Assembly (NCBI GenBank): GCA_037137395.1
Contig: JBAXKK010000019.1
Coordinates: 1 to 36,082 of the forward strand
Direction of reading: 5' to 3'
Length of the DNA: 36,082 nucleotides
From: Elusimicrobiota bacterium
GTDB lineage: Bacteria; Elusimicrobiota; Elusimicrobia; Elusimicrobiales; UBA9959
Below, piece after piece: positions 8,146 to 17,039 of the stretch; position 1 is the first letter of the stretch; each line of letters opens with the position of its first letter. The notes under the pieces are model-generated. The model saw only the letters and a program-made list of their open reading frames with translations, was not told the DNA's origin and made no database searches. A program made the translations under genes and the position numbers.

Positions 8146-8335
8146 ATTTGATGTAGAGCTGTTTAGATGCGCAGCCATTTAGATGTAAAGCAGTTTAGCA
8201 GTACAAATCTGCGCGGCCAAGTGGCCTTGCATCTAAATTGCTAAATGGCTTTGCCTCCTTGCGTCTAAATGGCTTCGCTTCTAGACTGCTTTGCTTCTAA
8301 ATGGCTTTACGTCCGGGCGCTTTGCCTCTAAACCG
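8146..8335. repeat. Degenerate 16-bp periodic repeats in inverted arrangement
   Basis: GCCATTTAGATG / GCTGTTTAGATG units followed by inverted TCTAAATGGCTTTGC units. Confidence 0.7.
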
Positions 8336-8349
8336 CGCGCCCCTACGTG

Positions 8350-8378
8350 TTGACAACCCTAATTTAGGTTTGTAACAT
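8350..8378 (+). promoter_or_regulatory. gdhA promoter with overlapping palindrome
   Basis: TTGACA, 17 bp spacer, TAACAT; ACAACCCTAA-T-TTAGGTTTGT (8353-8373) is a 9/10 inverted repeat. Confidence 0.65.
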
Positions 8379-8450
8379 GGTATTAAGAAGTCAGAGATTT
8401 TGTACCGCAGTTCTCTAAACCCTAAACCCGCTAGAAAAGGAGCTGTTCTT

Positions 8451-9833
8451 ATGCCCATAAACGCAGCAACCACAGATAAAAAAGGTTCGGCGCACGAATA
8501 TGTTGCCGGCTTAATGACGCATGTCATCAACAAAAACCCAGGTGAAAAAGAATTCCATCAGGCCGTAAAAGAAGTGCTTGAGACCCTTACCCCGGTCCTA
8601 GAAAAACACCCCGAATATATCAAGGCCAAAATACTCGACAGACTCGTAGAGCCCGAAAGAGCTATCACTTTCCGCGTGCCCTGGCAGGACGATAAGGGCG
8701 AATACCAGGTGAACCGCGGCTTCCGCGTTGAGTTCAACAGCGCCATCGGCCCGTATAAAGGCGGCCTGCGCTTTCATCCCTCGGTTAACCTAAGCATCCT
8801 TAAATTCCTTGGCTTCGAACAAATCTTCAAGAACGCCCTTACCACGCTTCCCATGGGCGGCGGCAAAGGCGGTTGCGACTTCGATCCCAAAGGCAAGAGC
8901 GACTCAGAAGTGATGCGCTTCTGCCAGAGCTTTATGAGCGAGTTGTTCCGCCATATCGGCCCCGACACGGATGTGCCGGCCGGCGACATCGGCGTGGGCG
9001 GCCGCGAGATCGGCTACATGTTCGGCCAGTACAAACGCCTGAAAAACGAATTCACTGGCGTGCTGACCGGCAAAGGCCTGACCTGGGGCGGTTCACTGAT
9101 ACGCCCGGAAGCCACGGGCTTCGGCGTGGTATATTTCGCGCAGGAGCAGCTTAAGACCAAGGGCGCGGATTTTAAGGGCAAGACCGTGGCGGTTTCCGGC
9201 TTCGGCAATGTTGCCTGGGGCGCGGTGCAGAAAGTGAACGATCTGGGCGGGACAGTGGTCACGATTTCAGGTCCGGACGGGTATATTTACGATAAGGACG
9301 GCATAAAGGGCGACAAGTGGGAATACATGCTGAAGCTGCGCGCGACAGGCCAGGATATAGTGGCGCCGTACGCTGAGAAGTTTAAAGGCGCGGAGTTTCA
9401 CGCGGGTAAGCGGCCCTGGTGCGTTAAGGTTGACGTAGCGCTGCCCTGCGCCACGCAGAACGAGCTTAACGAGAAGGACGCGAACGACCTTATAAAGAAC
9501 GGCTGCATCTGCGTAACTGAAGGGGCGAATATGCCTTGCATTCCGGAAGCTGTGGAAGCATTCATGAAAGCGAAAATATTGTTCGCACCGGGCAAGGCGT
9601 CCAACGCGGGTGGCGTGGCCACTTCTGGGTTGGAGATGAGCCAGAACAGCCTTCGGATGAGTTGGAGCAGGGAAGAGGTTGACAAACACCTGCACGGGAT
9701 TATGATTAACATTCACACGGCCTGCGTGACGGCGGCTAAGGAAGCCGGGATGCCGGGGAATTATGTGGCGGGCGCGAACATCGCCGGTTTCAAAAAAGTA
9801 GCAGAAGCGATGATGGCCCAGGGCCTTGTGTAA
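8451..9833 (+). CDS. gdhA: NAD(P)-specific glutamate dehydrogenase
   Basis: GPYKGGLRFHP, MGGGKGG, DVPAGDIGVG, RPEATGFG, GFGNVA; ATG 8451 follows AAGGAG SD. Confidence 0.97.
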   Translation: MPINAATTDKKGSAHEYVAGLMTHVINKNPGEKEFHQAVKEVLETLTPVLEKHPEYIKAKILDRLVEPERAITFRVPWQDDKGEYQVNRGFRVEFNSAIGPYKGGLRFHPSVNLSILKFLGFEQIFKNALTTLPMGGGKGGCDFDPKGKSDSEVMRFCQSFMSELFRHIGPDTDVPAGDIGVGGREIGYMFGQYKRLKNEFTGVLTGKGLTWGGSLIRPEATGFGVVYFAQEQLKTKGADFKGKTVAVSGFGNVAWGAVQKVNDLGGTVVTISGPDGYIYDKDGIKGDKWEYMLKLRATGQDIVAPYAEKFKGAEFHAGKRPWCVKVDVALPCATQNELNEKDANDLIKNGCICVTEGANMPCIPEAVEAFMKAKILFAPGKASNAGGVATSGLEMSQNSLRMSWSREEVDKHLHGIMINIHTACVTAAKEAGMPGNYVAGANIAGFKKVAEAMMAQGLV

Positions 9834-9850
9834 TAGGTAAGTTGAGACTT

Positions 9851-9894
9851 ATAAAAGAGGGCGTCCGTTTAAACCGGACGCCCTCTTTATTTAT
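9851..9894. terminator. Bidirectional intrinsic terminator
   Basis: AAAGAGGGCGTCCG / CGGACGCCCTCTTT stem between convergent genes. Confidence 0.88.
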
Positions 9895-9921
9895 AGTGAA
9901 ACCACAGACCCGACGCTATAG

Positions 9922-10743
9922 TTACAGACCTTCTGGAATTATTATGCCGCGGGTCTCGCAGAAGGCCCGCATATCTGGAGGCATGGGGGCGGTGAAGACG
10001 CGGTCTATGCCAGCTTTAGTCATATCTATTTCGCAACAATGAAGCGCCTGGCGGGACATTATTAATTTCTCAGCCAAGGCGGGTGTCCAGCCGCGGTCGA
10101 TAAATTCCAGAAAGCAGCCGGCGTCGGGGCCGTAGATCTTGTCACCGACGACACATTTTCCCAGCCATTGCGCGTGCGCCCTTATCTGGTGTTTGCGGCC
10201 GGTCTCGGTAACGACGCGGACCAGCGTGAAGCCGCCGCCATGTGTAATGGGTGTAAAATGCGTGACTGCGGCCTTGCCGTCAGGCCGCACTGCTGATTTT
10301 GCAAGAACCGGAGAATTCTCATCGTCGCCAAGAGGCTGGGAGACCGTCACCGGCCGCGAAAACTCGCCAGTCATGACAGCCAGGTAAGACTTGCCAACCT
10401 GACGCAGCCTCAGGGCTTTTTGCAGGCGGGCGGCAACGACGGAAGTTTTAGCGAACACTACCACACCGCTAGTCTCGCGGTCGAGGCGGAAGGCCAGATA
10501 CGCGGCAGCAAGGCCGGAGTGTTCGCGCACCGCGCCGGCAAGGCTGGACCAGGGGCCTGCCTTGGACGGGTGACATACGACATCCCCGGGCTTGTTGATG
10601 ACTGTAACCTGCTCGTCGTCATGCAGCGTCCAGTTGTTGAGGTCATCAGGAGCAATCATGCGCACTTGCACCGTCCGCCGCCGGCGCGGCCAGGCGCAGG
10701 CCAGTCGGGGATCGAGATCGGAACCAGTCTGAGGAGAGATCAT
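9922..10743 (-). CDS. RluA-family RNA pseudouridine synthase (true start may be 10659)
   Basis: NKPG, RLDRETSG, TGRKHQIRAH, GDKIYG, RQALH motifs. Confidence 0.9.
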   Translation of the reverse strand: MISPQTGSDLDPRLACAWPRRRRTVQVRMIAPDDLNNWTLHDDEQVTVINKPGDVVCHPSKAGPWSSLAGAVREHSGLAAAYLAFRLDRETSGVVVFAKTSVVAARLQKALRLRQVGKSYLAVMTGEFSRPVTVSQPLGDDENSPVLAKSAVRPDGKAAVTHFTPITHGGGFTLVRVVTETGRKHQIRAHAQWLGKCVVGDKIYGPDAGCFLEFIDRGWTPALAEKLIMSRQALHCCEIDMTKAGIDRVFTAPMPPDMRAFCETRGIIIPEGL

Positions 10744-10785
10744 AAGGTACGTTGCACAACAAAAACCTGAGCCTTTTACTGAAGA

Positions 10786-11049
10786 CTAATTATCCACCGT
10801 TGATATTGCTTCTATTTTAGCCCAGTCAACATAGGCGCGGTTGCCCTGACCCCTGTTAACGATCAGGCATTCCTCGGTGTCTATTATTGACTCGGCCCTA
10901 AGCGAACCGGAAGGCGTGGCCGCTCTGATTATAACTAAAAACTGTTTATCTTTAATCATATATGACACCTCGCCGGGCTTGGCGTCAATTGTGTCCGGAT
11001 TTAAAGTGAACTGCTTCTTAAACACATTCTGCCATGTTATTCTATCCAT
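10786..11049 (-). CDS. Small hypothetical protein (87 aa)
   Basis: ATG 11049 preceded by GGGGTGA SD; protein-like composition; fills the gap between same-strand genes. Confidence 0.65.
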   Translation of the reverse strand: MDRITWQNVFKKQFTLNPDTIDAKPGEVSYMIKDKQFLVIIRAATPSGSLRAESIIDTEECLIVNRGQGNRAYVDWAKIEAISTVDN

Positions 11050-11105
11050 AATTTCACCCCTTAATTTTTTTGACCTTTTTGCACTTATGGGACTTCCTAG
11101 CTGCC

Positions 11106-11846
11106 TTATCTTGCGGTAACGCCAGCGGCGCGGGCGGAGCGGGAGCGCCTGACCACCCAATATTTAGGATACCCCGCATCCAGATGTGCAAAGCCGATGT
11201 CCGGATAGTATCCGACACCCCCCGTCCGCATCCCTCTGGCGTACGCCGCTACTCTGGCGGGGCTGTACCCCGCGATCCTGACATCGGCTGCCCAACCTAA
11301 CATATGAAGGCTTCGGCGCGCGGCCCCTGATACCCGGCTGTTCAACTTCGGCGTGCGATAGCCGCTTAAAATGGTAAGCCCCCGCTTTCCGAACCGGTCC
11401 TCAACAGCGTCCATAATCTCCAAAAGTTTTACGGAAACCGCGGTCTCATTACCGGTAAGGCTGCAGCGCATGATCCGACTGATCTTATCAATCCCACTCT
11501 TATTATAAACGCCTTTCCTGCTGCGATAGCGGACAATCAATTGCTCGCCGCTGCCCTGGCGCGTTAAGCTGAGGATGCCGTCGCCTCCAAGATTCACCGG
11601 TTCCGGCGGTCGCGCACCGGCGCCGTGTATGAATATGTAGGTTTCAGGATCGCCTTCTTCAAGGTCAACCACTTCTGCTTCTGTAACTTCCGGGGGCGCC
11701 GGCACATCATCAAGCATGGCGGGCAGCCGCTCCATAAGCGCCGAAGCGCTGATTTCCGCGCCTGGCGCGGCATAATCCCCTGACTGAGCGGGAAGGCAAT
11801 GGCAAAAAAGCAAAAGGATAAAAACAGAAAAAGCGGCGGTATTCAT
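11106..11846 (-). CDS. YcbK/DUF882 (peptidase M15) Zn peptidoglycan endopeptidase
   Basis: Signal peptide; SGYRT, SLHMLGWAADV, GGVGYY...FAHLD zinc-ligand motifs. Confidence 0.88.
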   Translation of the reverse strand: MNTAAFSVFILLLFCHCLPAQSGDYAAPGAEISASALMERLPAMLDDVPAPPEVTEAEVVDLEEGDPETYIFIHGAGARPPEPVNLGGDGILSLTRQGSGEQLIVRYRSRKGVYNKSGIDKISRIMRCSLTGNETAVSVKLLEIMDAVEDRFGKRGLTILSGYRTPKLNSRVSGAARRSLHMLGWAADVRIAGYSPARVAAYARGMRTGGVGYYPDIGFAHLDAGYPKYWVVRRSRSARAAGVTAR

Positions 11847-11936
11847 ATGGGAGTCCCAGGCAACTGACGCCTGATGATTAAAGCGGATAATCCTGGAATA
11901 TCAACAAGAGCTCAAACATCAAGGACAAAATCGCGG

Positions 11937-12974
11937 CTATGCTTCAGGCTTCCACTCATAGACCGGGAGACCATCCACCAGCCGCGCGGCGTCGGTGAAC
12001 CGGAATTCTCCGAGCAGAGGCTCTATCGTGCGTTTGGAAATAGCGACGCCGTTTACGCAGCCGTACTTCTGCATGTGTCCGGCGATGTCTATGACCATAT
12101 CGGTCATTTCCGCCATAGGCGTGGCGTCATCGCAAAAAACCTCGCCGGCGTTGATCCCGGCGCGTATGGCGAAATCACATTTGATAGCTTTTACTTCCCT
12201 GTTGAATTGCGCAAGGCCGGTAACTACGCCCTGAGCTGCGCGCACGGCTTCCCTCACGGACCCGAAGCCGGCCATAACGCCATCCGGCGTCCAAGCCGAT
12301 TTAACAGCTTTATTTTCTGTCAGTACTTTTACGACCATGCGCTTATAATGGCGAAAATCTCTCTCCGCTATACCCGGCTCCTCCCCCGCCTTCATCCCTG
12401 TTGAATTCACCACGTCTATGGAGAGAAACGCCATATGGACTTTATGCTCCTCCAGAGATTTTTTGGTTTTGGCGTAGATCTCCAGAAGGTCCTTCCGGTT
12501 CAGCTTAACTTCGGCCTGTGAAGATCCGGTCCCGGGGGTTGAATGGCGCGCCTCTTTCAATGTTTCGCGCCACCCGCGAAGGTGGGCCGCCTGCTGGGTG
12601 AACCCGGCGCCCACTACTCCGAACAGCACGGCGAGCAGGCAGACAGCACTGAATAACATCAAGCGCGAGATGTCGCTGCCGCGGAAATTCGTGGGCCAAC
12701 TGCGACGCAGCGCGCCCAGCATTGGCGCCTCAACCCGCTGCTCATATGCCACGATTTTGTGAAAGAACGGATATTTGGGAAGGTCCCTAAAATAGGTGAG
12801 CCCGGTGGCTATAATAGCGAGAAAAAAACAGGCCAGGAGCGCTTTCCGGATCAGGCGGAATATAAATCCTACGGACCCGAAGCCGATTATCCTGCCGCCC
12901 AGGCCCATCCGCTCAAGCCAAGCCGCCACAGAGGCGCGGCCGGAACCTGTTGCTTCAGTTTTTGAGTCAGTCAT
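11937..12974 (-). CDS. Membrane-anchored class III nucleotide cyclase-domain protein (atypical)
   Basis: Two TM helices; FLSIDVVNST, DGVMAGF, IRAGINAGEV motifs. Confidence 0.82.
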   Translation of the reverse strand: MTDSKTEATGSGRASVAAWLERMGLGGRIIGFGSVGFIFRLIRKALLACFFLAIIATGLTYFRDLPKYPFFHKIVAYEQRVEAPMLGALRRSWPTNFRGSDISRLMLFSAVCLLAVLFGVVGAGFTQQAAHLRGWRETLKEARHSTPGTGSSQAEVKLNRKDLLEIYAKTKKSLEEHKVHMAFLSIDVVNSTGMKAGEEPGIAERDFRHYKRMVVKVLTENKAVKSAWTPDGVMAGFGSVREAVRAAQGVVTGLAQFNREVKAIKCDFAIRAGINAGEVFCDDATPMAEMTDMVIDIAGHMQKYGCVNGVAISKRTIEPLLGEFRFTDAARLVDGLPVYEWKPEA

Positions 12975-13100
12975 ATAAAACTCTTCAATATATTTTGAAG
13001 TTTAAATTATAGCAATTGCGCGGTCCCCGTTTCATTTTCCCGCGTTAGTTTTTTAATCCGGCCGGTTAGCGGAAACGGACTATGTAAAAACCGAGCGCCA

Positions 13101-14045
13101 TCACAGGCCGGAACAGTAATTTTCCTGCGCGCGGCGTATTTTATTAAAATCACCCAGAAACTCTGTATAAGGGACAAAATCCGGATAATCCGCCGCGCTC
13201 AAAGCTCCTTTTCCCTCTCTATATCGGACATTATATGCGGAGCTGTAATTGCTGTCGACAACGGTAAGGATATAACCGTCATTTTCCCGGCTCATCTGAG
13301 TCACAAGCCACGCGTGAGATGTTATCCCGGGTAGTTGAAGCTTTTGCCAGACTATCCTCTTGTTGTTATTGACCTCTTCAAAAAGAACGGCCATGCCGGC
13401 CTTTAATTTTTGGGGAGCGATAGAAGTCCCGCCGGCAAGGCCGTTTATCCACGCGCCGGCTAAGCCGTCGATAAGCTGCCACTCGTTCAGCTTCGTCTGA
13501 AGCAGCTCCCTCCAATCCGTTGAAAAATCATAGAAATTCTCATACCCGGGAATTTCGACCACCATGTTGCCCCAGAAATATCCGGAAAATATTTCAAGGA
13601 CCTGTTTTTTTGAGGGTTTCAAAAGCTCCGGTCTGAAAACCGTAAGATATATCTGTCTCTGGTTCAGCCGCGAATGCCACCAGCAGACTCCGCCGCCGCC
13701 AAGTCCGCCGGCGTTTCTGAAACTTAGGCGGTTCTCAAGGCCAAGTATAAGCCTTTGAAAATAACTATAGTTTTTGAGCCGGGCGCAAAATTCCTTCCCG
13801 GAGCGCGGCGGGGTCTCGCCCGGAAAATCGGACTTCAACTTTGTCACCACTTCCCATCGGACCGGGCTTGTCCAGCTTGTCCGGTCAGAAGCCGGTTCTG
13901 CCTGAGGTGCAGCCAAATTATTAAAATCCGCGCCGCCGGGAACGCGGCTATGCAGCTGTTCAATAGCCGGCTGGTCATAGTCACCGGCGTTCGACAGCCC
14001 TGCCCCCATCGCCGCCAAGCCCGCAGCTATAATTATCCTCTTCAT
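13101..14045 (-). CDS. Secreted hypothetical protein, possible papain-like cysteine protease
   Basis: Signal peptide; GGVCWW...HAWLV...VVDSN in Cys-His-Asp order. Confidence 0.65.
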   Translation of the reverse strand: MKRIIIAAGLAAMGAGLSNAGDYDQPAIEQLHSRVPGGADFNNLAAPQAEPASDRTSWTSPVRWEVVTKLKSDFPGETPPRSGKEFCARLKNYSYFQRLILGLENRLSFRNAGGLGGGGVCWWHSRLNQRQIYLTVFRPELLKPSKKQVLEIFSGYFWGNMVVEIPGYENFYDFSTDWRELLQTKLNEWQLIDGLAGAWINGLAGGTSIAPQKLKAGMAVLFEEVNNNKRIVWQKLQLPGITSHAWLVTQMSRENDGYILTVVDSNYSSAYNVRYREGKGALSAADYPDFVPYTEFLGDFNKIRRAQENYCSGL

Positions 14046-14084
14046 TAATTCGCCTTTTTAGTTGAAGTGAATGCCGGCATACAT

Positions 14085-14129
14085 GCTAACCCGTTTGGAT
14101 ATTATGTGACAAATTGAAAGGTTCGCCAA
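14085..14129 (-). promoter_or_regulatory. Promoter copy A
   Basis: TTGGCG, 17 bp spacer, CATAAT; homologous to 15425-15469. Confidence 0.55.
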
Positions 14130-14245
14130 GTTTTCAGCGGCCCCCTTCGCAAATTTTATTTCATCAGGATATGCCATCATAAACAGATCATCCCCGTATT
14201 GGTTTGGAGCATCGTAACCGGTTATATTCCATTGCGTCCCCACCA

Positions 14246-15361
14246 TCAGTCCCCGAAAGAAATACCTAAATCACGCGCTGTCATTATGGTGTCGCAATCA
14301 AGCGGAACCACCTTCATGCGGCTGGTCGCGTCCTTAAGCGGAACATAGCGCACCGTGGGAGGGTCCAGCGCCACCATCACGCCGGAGTATCCTTCCTCAA
14401 GAGCGCGCACCGCCGCCGCGCCGAACCGCAGCGAAATAAGGCGGTCAAAAGTGGTCGGGCTGCCTCCGCGCAATAAATGTCCAAGCACCACGGTCCGGCA
14501 CTCCTTACCGACCAGCGGCTCAAGCTCCCTGGCAACGCGCTCTCCCGCGCCGCCCAGTTTTTCCGCGCGGCCCAGCTCTTTGCTGACAACGGAAACCGCG
14601 CCGCCTCTGGGCTTTGCGCCCTCAGCCACCACAACAATGGCGTAATGTTTTCCGCGTTTGGGCCTTTCCTTTAAAGCCGCGGCGATTTTATTAATATCGT
14701 AAGGTATTTCCGGGATCAATATAGCGTCCGCGTTGCCAGAGACGCCGGCGTTAAGCGCTATCCAGCCGGCGTAGCGACCCATAACCTCCACCACCATCAC
14801 CCGGCGGTGCGCCTCAGCGGTGGAATGCAGGCGGTCAAGACATTCCGTCGCGAATGAAACCGCGGTGTCAAAACCGAATGTCACAACGGTTTTATCCAGG
14901 TCGTTGTCTATTGTTTTGGGCACGCCTATGGCGCGTATGCCTTTTTCGGCCAGCACATTGGCTATACCCAGCGAGCCGTCGCCGCCCAGCGCCACCAGCG
15001 CGTCTAAGCCGTTCTTTTTGAAGGCCGCGACCAGTTCGTCGCTTCGGTCCTTCTCGTACATTTTTCCGTCCGGCCCCATGGTGGGATACTTTGTGGGATT
15101 GCCTTTATTGGTGGTGCCGAGTATGGTGCCGCCCAGGTGGGTTATGCCCCGCACGCTGCGGCGGGTCAGCGGTATCAGCCCGCCCTCGGGATAATCGCCA
15201 GGCGTCATCAGCCCGTTATAGCCGTCGCGTATACCGAAGCATTCGTAACCCTTATTAAGGGCGGAAACAACTACCGCCCGTATGACGGCGTTAAGCCCCG
15301 GCGCGTCTCCGCCGCCGGTATTGATCGCTATTTTGTTAATTTTTGTTTTAGTTTTTACCAT
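14246..15361 (-). CDS. pfkA: 6-phosphofructokinase (PfkA family, group III-like), paralog 2
   Basis: TGGGDAPGLN, GGTILG, GGDGS, PKTIDND, MGR, LGHLLRGG; start set at ATG 15361. Confidence 0.92.
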   Translation of the reverse strand: MVKTKTKINKIAINTGGGDAPGLNAVIRAVVVSALNKGYECFGIRDGYNGLMTPGDYPEGGLIPLTRRSVRGITHLGGTILGTTNKGNPTKYPTMGPDGKMYEKDRSDELVAAFKKNGLDALVALGGDGSLGIANVLAEKGIRAIGVPKTIDNDLDKTVVTFGFDTAVSFATECLDRLHSTAEAHRRVMVVEVMGRYAGWIALNAGVSGNADAILIPEIPYDINKIAAALKERPKRGKHYAIVVVAEGAKPRGGAVSVVSKELGRAEKLGGAGERVARELEPLVGKECRTVVLGHLLRGGSPTTFDRLISLRFGAAAVRALEEGYSGVMVALDPPTVRYVPLKDATSRMKVVPLDCDTIMTARDLGISFGD

Positions 15362-15424
15362 AAGACCCCCACAATTGAGTTCGTCAGTTAACCGGCACCC
15401 ATGGCCGGATGATAAACAACTACG

Positions 15425-15469
15425 GCTAACCTGTCTGCATATTATGCGACAATGGAAGGCATGTGGCAA
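15425..15469 (-). promoter_or_regulatory. Promoter copy B
   Basis: TTGCCA, 17 bp spacer, CATAAT; homologous to 14085-14129. Confidence 0.6.
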
Positions 15470-15542
15470 ATTTCATTACAAAAGCCCGGACCGCAAAAAT
15501 CCGCTTCGCGTTTGAATCAATAATATTATAGAATCTCAAGGC

Positions 15543-15959
15543 ATGCAAAAGTCGATACTGCTAATTGACGATAATGAGGAAATTGTCTCCCTCCTGACAG
15601 GCTTTTTTCAGTCCAAAGGCTTCATCGTCCACACGGCGTTTGACGGCGCTTCTGGCATTGAAAAGACCAGACAGCTGCTCCCCGACATAATAACCCTGGA
15701 TTTCAACATGCCAGGGATGAACGGAGTAGAAGTTTACAATGATCTGCACCAGCATCCCGAAACCGCGGCAATACCGATTATTTTTTTCTCTTCCACTCTT
15801 TTGGGAATTATAAAAAGAATGGTGACGGACAATCCGCGGGTACAATTTTTAAAAAAACCCTGCGATCCCCGCGATATAGAAAGATGCGTCATGCAGCTGC
15901 TGACGCTGCCAAAACTTGCTCCTCCTCCCCCTCCCCCTCCCCCACCGGGTAATCGCTGA
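15543..15959 (+). CDS. Single-domain response regulator with poly-Pro tail
   Basis: LLIDD, ITLDFNMPGMNG, KKP receiver residues; nine consecutive Pro at C-terminus. Confidence 0.9.
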   Translation: MQKSILLIDDNEEIVSLLTGFFQSKGFIVHTAFDGASGIEKTRQLLPDIITLDFNMPGMNGVEVYNDLHQHPETAAIPIIFFSSTLLGIIKRMVTDNPRVQFLKKPCDPRDIERCVMQLLTLPKLAPPPPPPPPPGNR

Positions 15960-15964
15960 CCGCG

Positions 15965-16849
15965 CTAGCGCAGTTTCTTTTCCTTAAGATATGCGATCAG
16001 ATCCGCGGGATAATCGGTTATTATGGCGTCCACGCCCCAGCTGACGGCTTTGTCTATGTCACTCTTGTCGTTTAACGTCCAAGGCGCCACTTGTATTCCG
16101 TTGGCGTGAAGATAATCAACAACTTCTTTATTTATCCATTTAAATTCGGGGCTGATAATGTCAGCCCGCGAAGCTTTGGCCACAGCCACCAGATCCACCA
16201 GGTTGGCCTCGGTGAGCTGCGAGATCCTTATTTTAGGCTCCAGCTTCTTCACCGCCCTGAGCGTGCGCCAGTCGAAGGACTGCACAATGGTCCGCTCCGT
16301 CATCCCGTATTTAGCCGCCGCAGCAACAACTAGCTTAGCGAAGACTTCGGGATCTGGCGACATCTCCGCCTCTCCGGGGACGATCTTGGTCTCTATGTTG
16401 AATCCCACCACGGCTGCGGCCGGCTCGGTTGAATTCCTCACCAGCTCAAACACTTCGGCCAGCGTAGGTATCTTTTCTCCGGGGCTGGGGATTTGGGCGG
16501 GAAATCTGTCGTTCTTAATGGTGCCGCAGTCGTATTTTTTCAGCTCTTTAAGCGTGAGCGATATTATGGGCACCGGGCGGGCCAGCTTTTTTCCGTCGGG
16601 GTCCAGACAAATTTCGGGGGAGATAAACTTATCGTGCGAAATGACTACGACGCCGTCCCCGGTGACATTCATGTCCATTTCCAGCACATCCACTCCCGCC
16701 CGCAAAGCCTCCCGGAAAGCCGCGAGAGTATTTTCCGGCCTGGTACCGCGGGTGCCGCGGTGGCCGTGCACATCTATATGTTTCAGGCTTTCCTGGGCGC
16801 TCAAAGCGGATACCGCCGACATCAGAACGATAAGCATTAATTTTTTCAT
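15965..16849 (-). CDS. glpQ: Glycerophosphodiester phosphodiesterase (exported)
   Basis: HRG, PENT, EMD, HD, NIETK, QSFD, WTLN, ITDYP; signal peptide; downstream of glpT. Confidence 0.9.
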   Translation of the reverse strand: MKKLMLIVLMSAVSALSAQESLKHIDVHGHRGTRGTRPENTLAAFREALRAGVDVLEMDMNVTGDGVVVISHDKFISPEICLDPDGKKLARPVPIISLTLKELKKYDCGTIKNDRFPAQIPSPGEKIPTLAEVFELVRNSTEPAAAVVGFNIETKIVPGEAEMSPDPEVFAKLVVAAAAKYGMTERTIVQSFDWRTLRAVKKLEPKIRISQLTEANLVDLVAVAKASRADIISPEFKWINKEVVDYLHANGIQVAPWTLNDKSDIDKAVSWGVDAIITDYPADLIAYLKEKKLR

Positions 16850-16874
16850 AATTCCTCCGATTATAAATACCCCT

Positions 16875-17039
16875 GGAGCCTGTCCGACATAAGGTTTTTA
16901 AGGCGAAATTGACGGTTTTGAAGCCGAGCCGAAGCGACGCGAAACGAGCAGGCTCTAATGAACCTGTAAGTTGAGCGGCGCAAAGGCGTAGGCAAAAAAC
17001 GACAATTGCAGCCAAAATTCCTTATGTCGGACAGGCTCC
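16875..17039. mobile_element. 165-bp MITE with 20-bp TIRs
   Basis: GGAGCCTGTCCGACATAAGG (16875-16894) / CCTTATGTCGGACAGGCTCC (17020-17039), perfect inverted match; no transposase. Confidence 0.8.

Noticed and set aside
11937..12974. Pycsar or CBASS defence system
   Set aside because: No cNMP-binding TIR/TM effector or CD-NTase adjacent
14058..14246. 62-aa ORF coupled to the pfk2 stop (TGATG)
   Set aside because: No recognisable motif, and it runs across the duplicated promoter; probably spurious, though a gene fragment cannot be excluded
15362..15469. N-terminal extensions in the ORF track (pfk2, gdhA 8400, EamA 8178, PPDK_N 29258, lipoprotein 34509)
   Set aside because: They overlap promoters or repeats; downstream ATGs fit an SD, a -10 box or a signal peptide better
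16158..16892. Long antisense ORFs (also 34877-35617, 26642-27250 and others)
   Set aside because: Opposite-strand shadows of well-supported genes in GC-rich DNA
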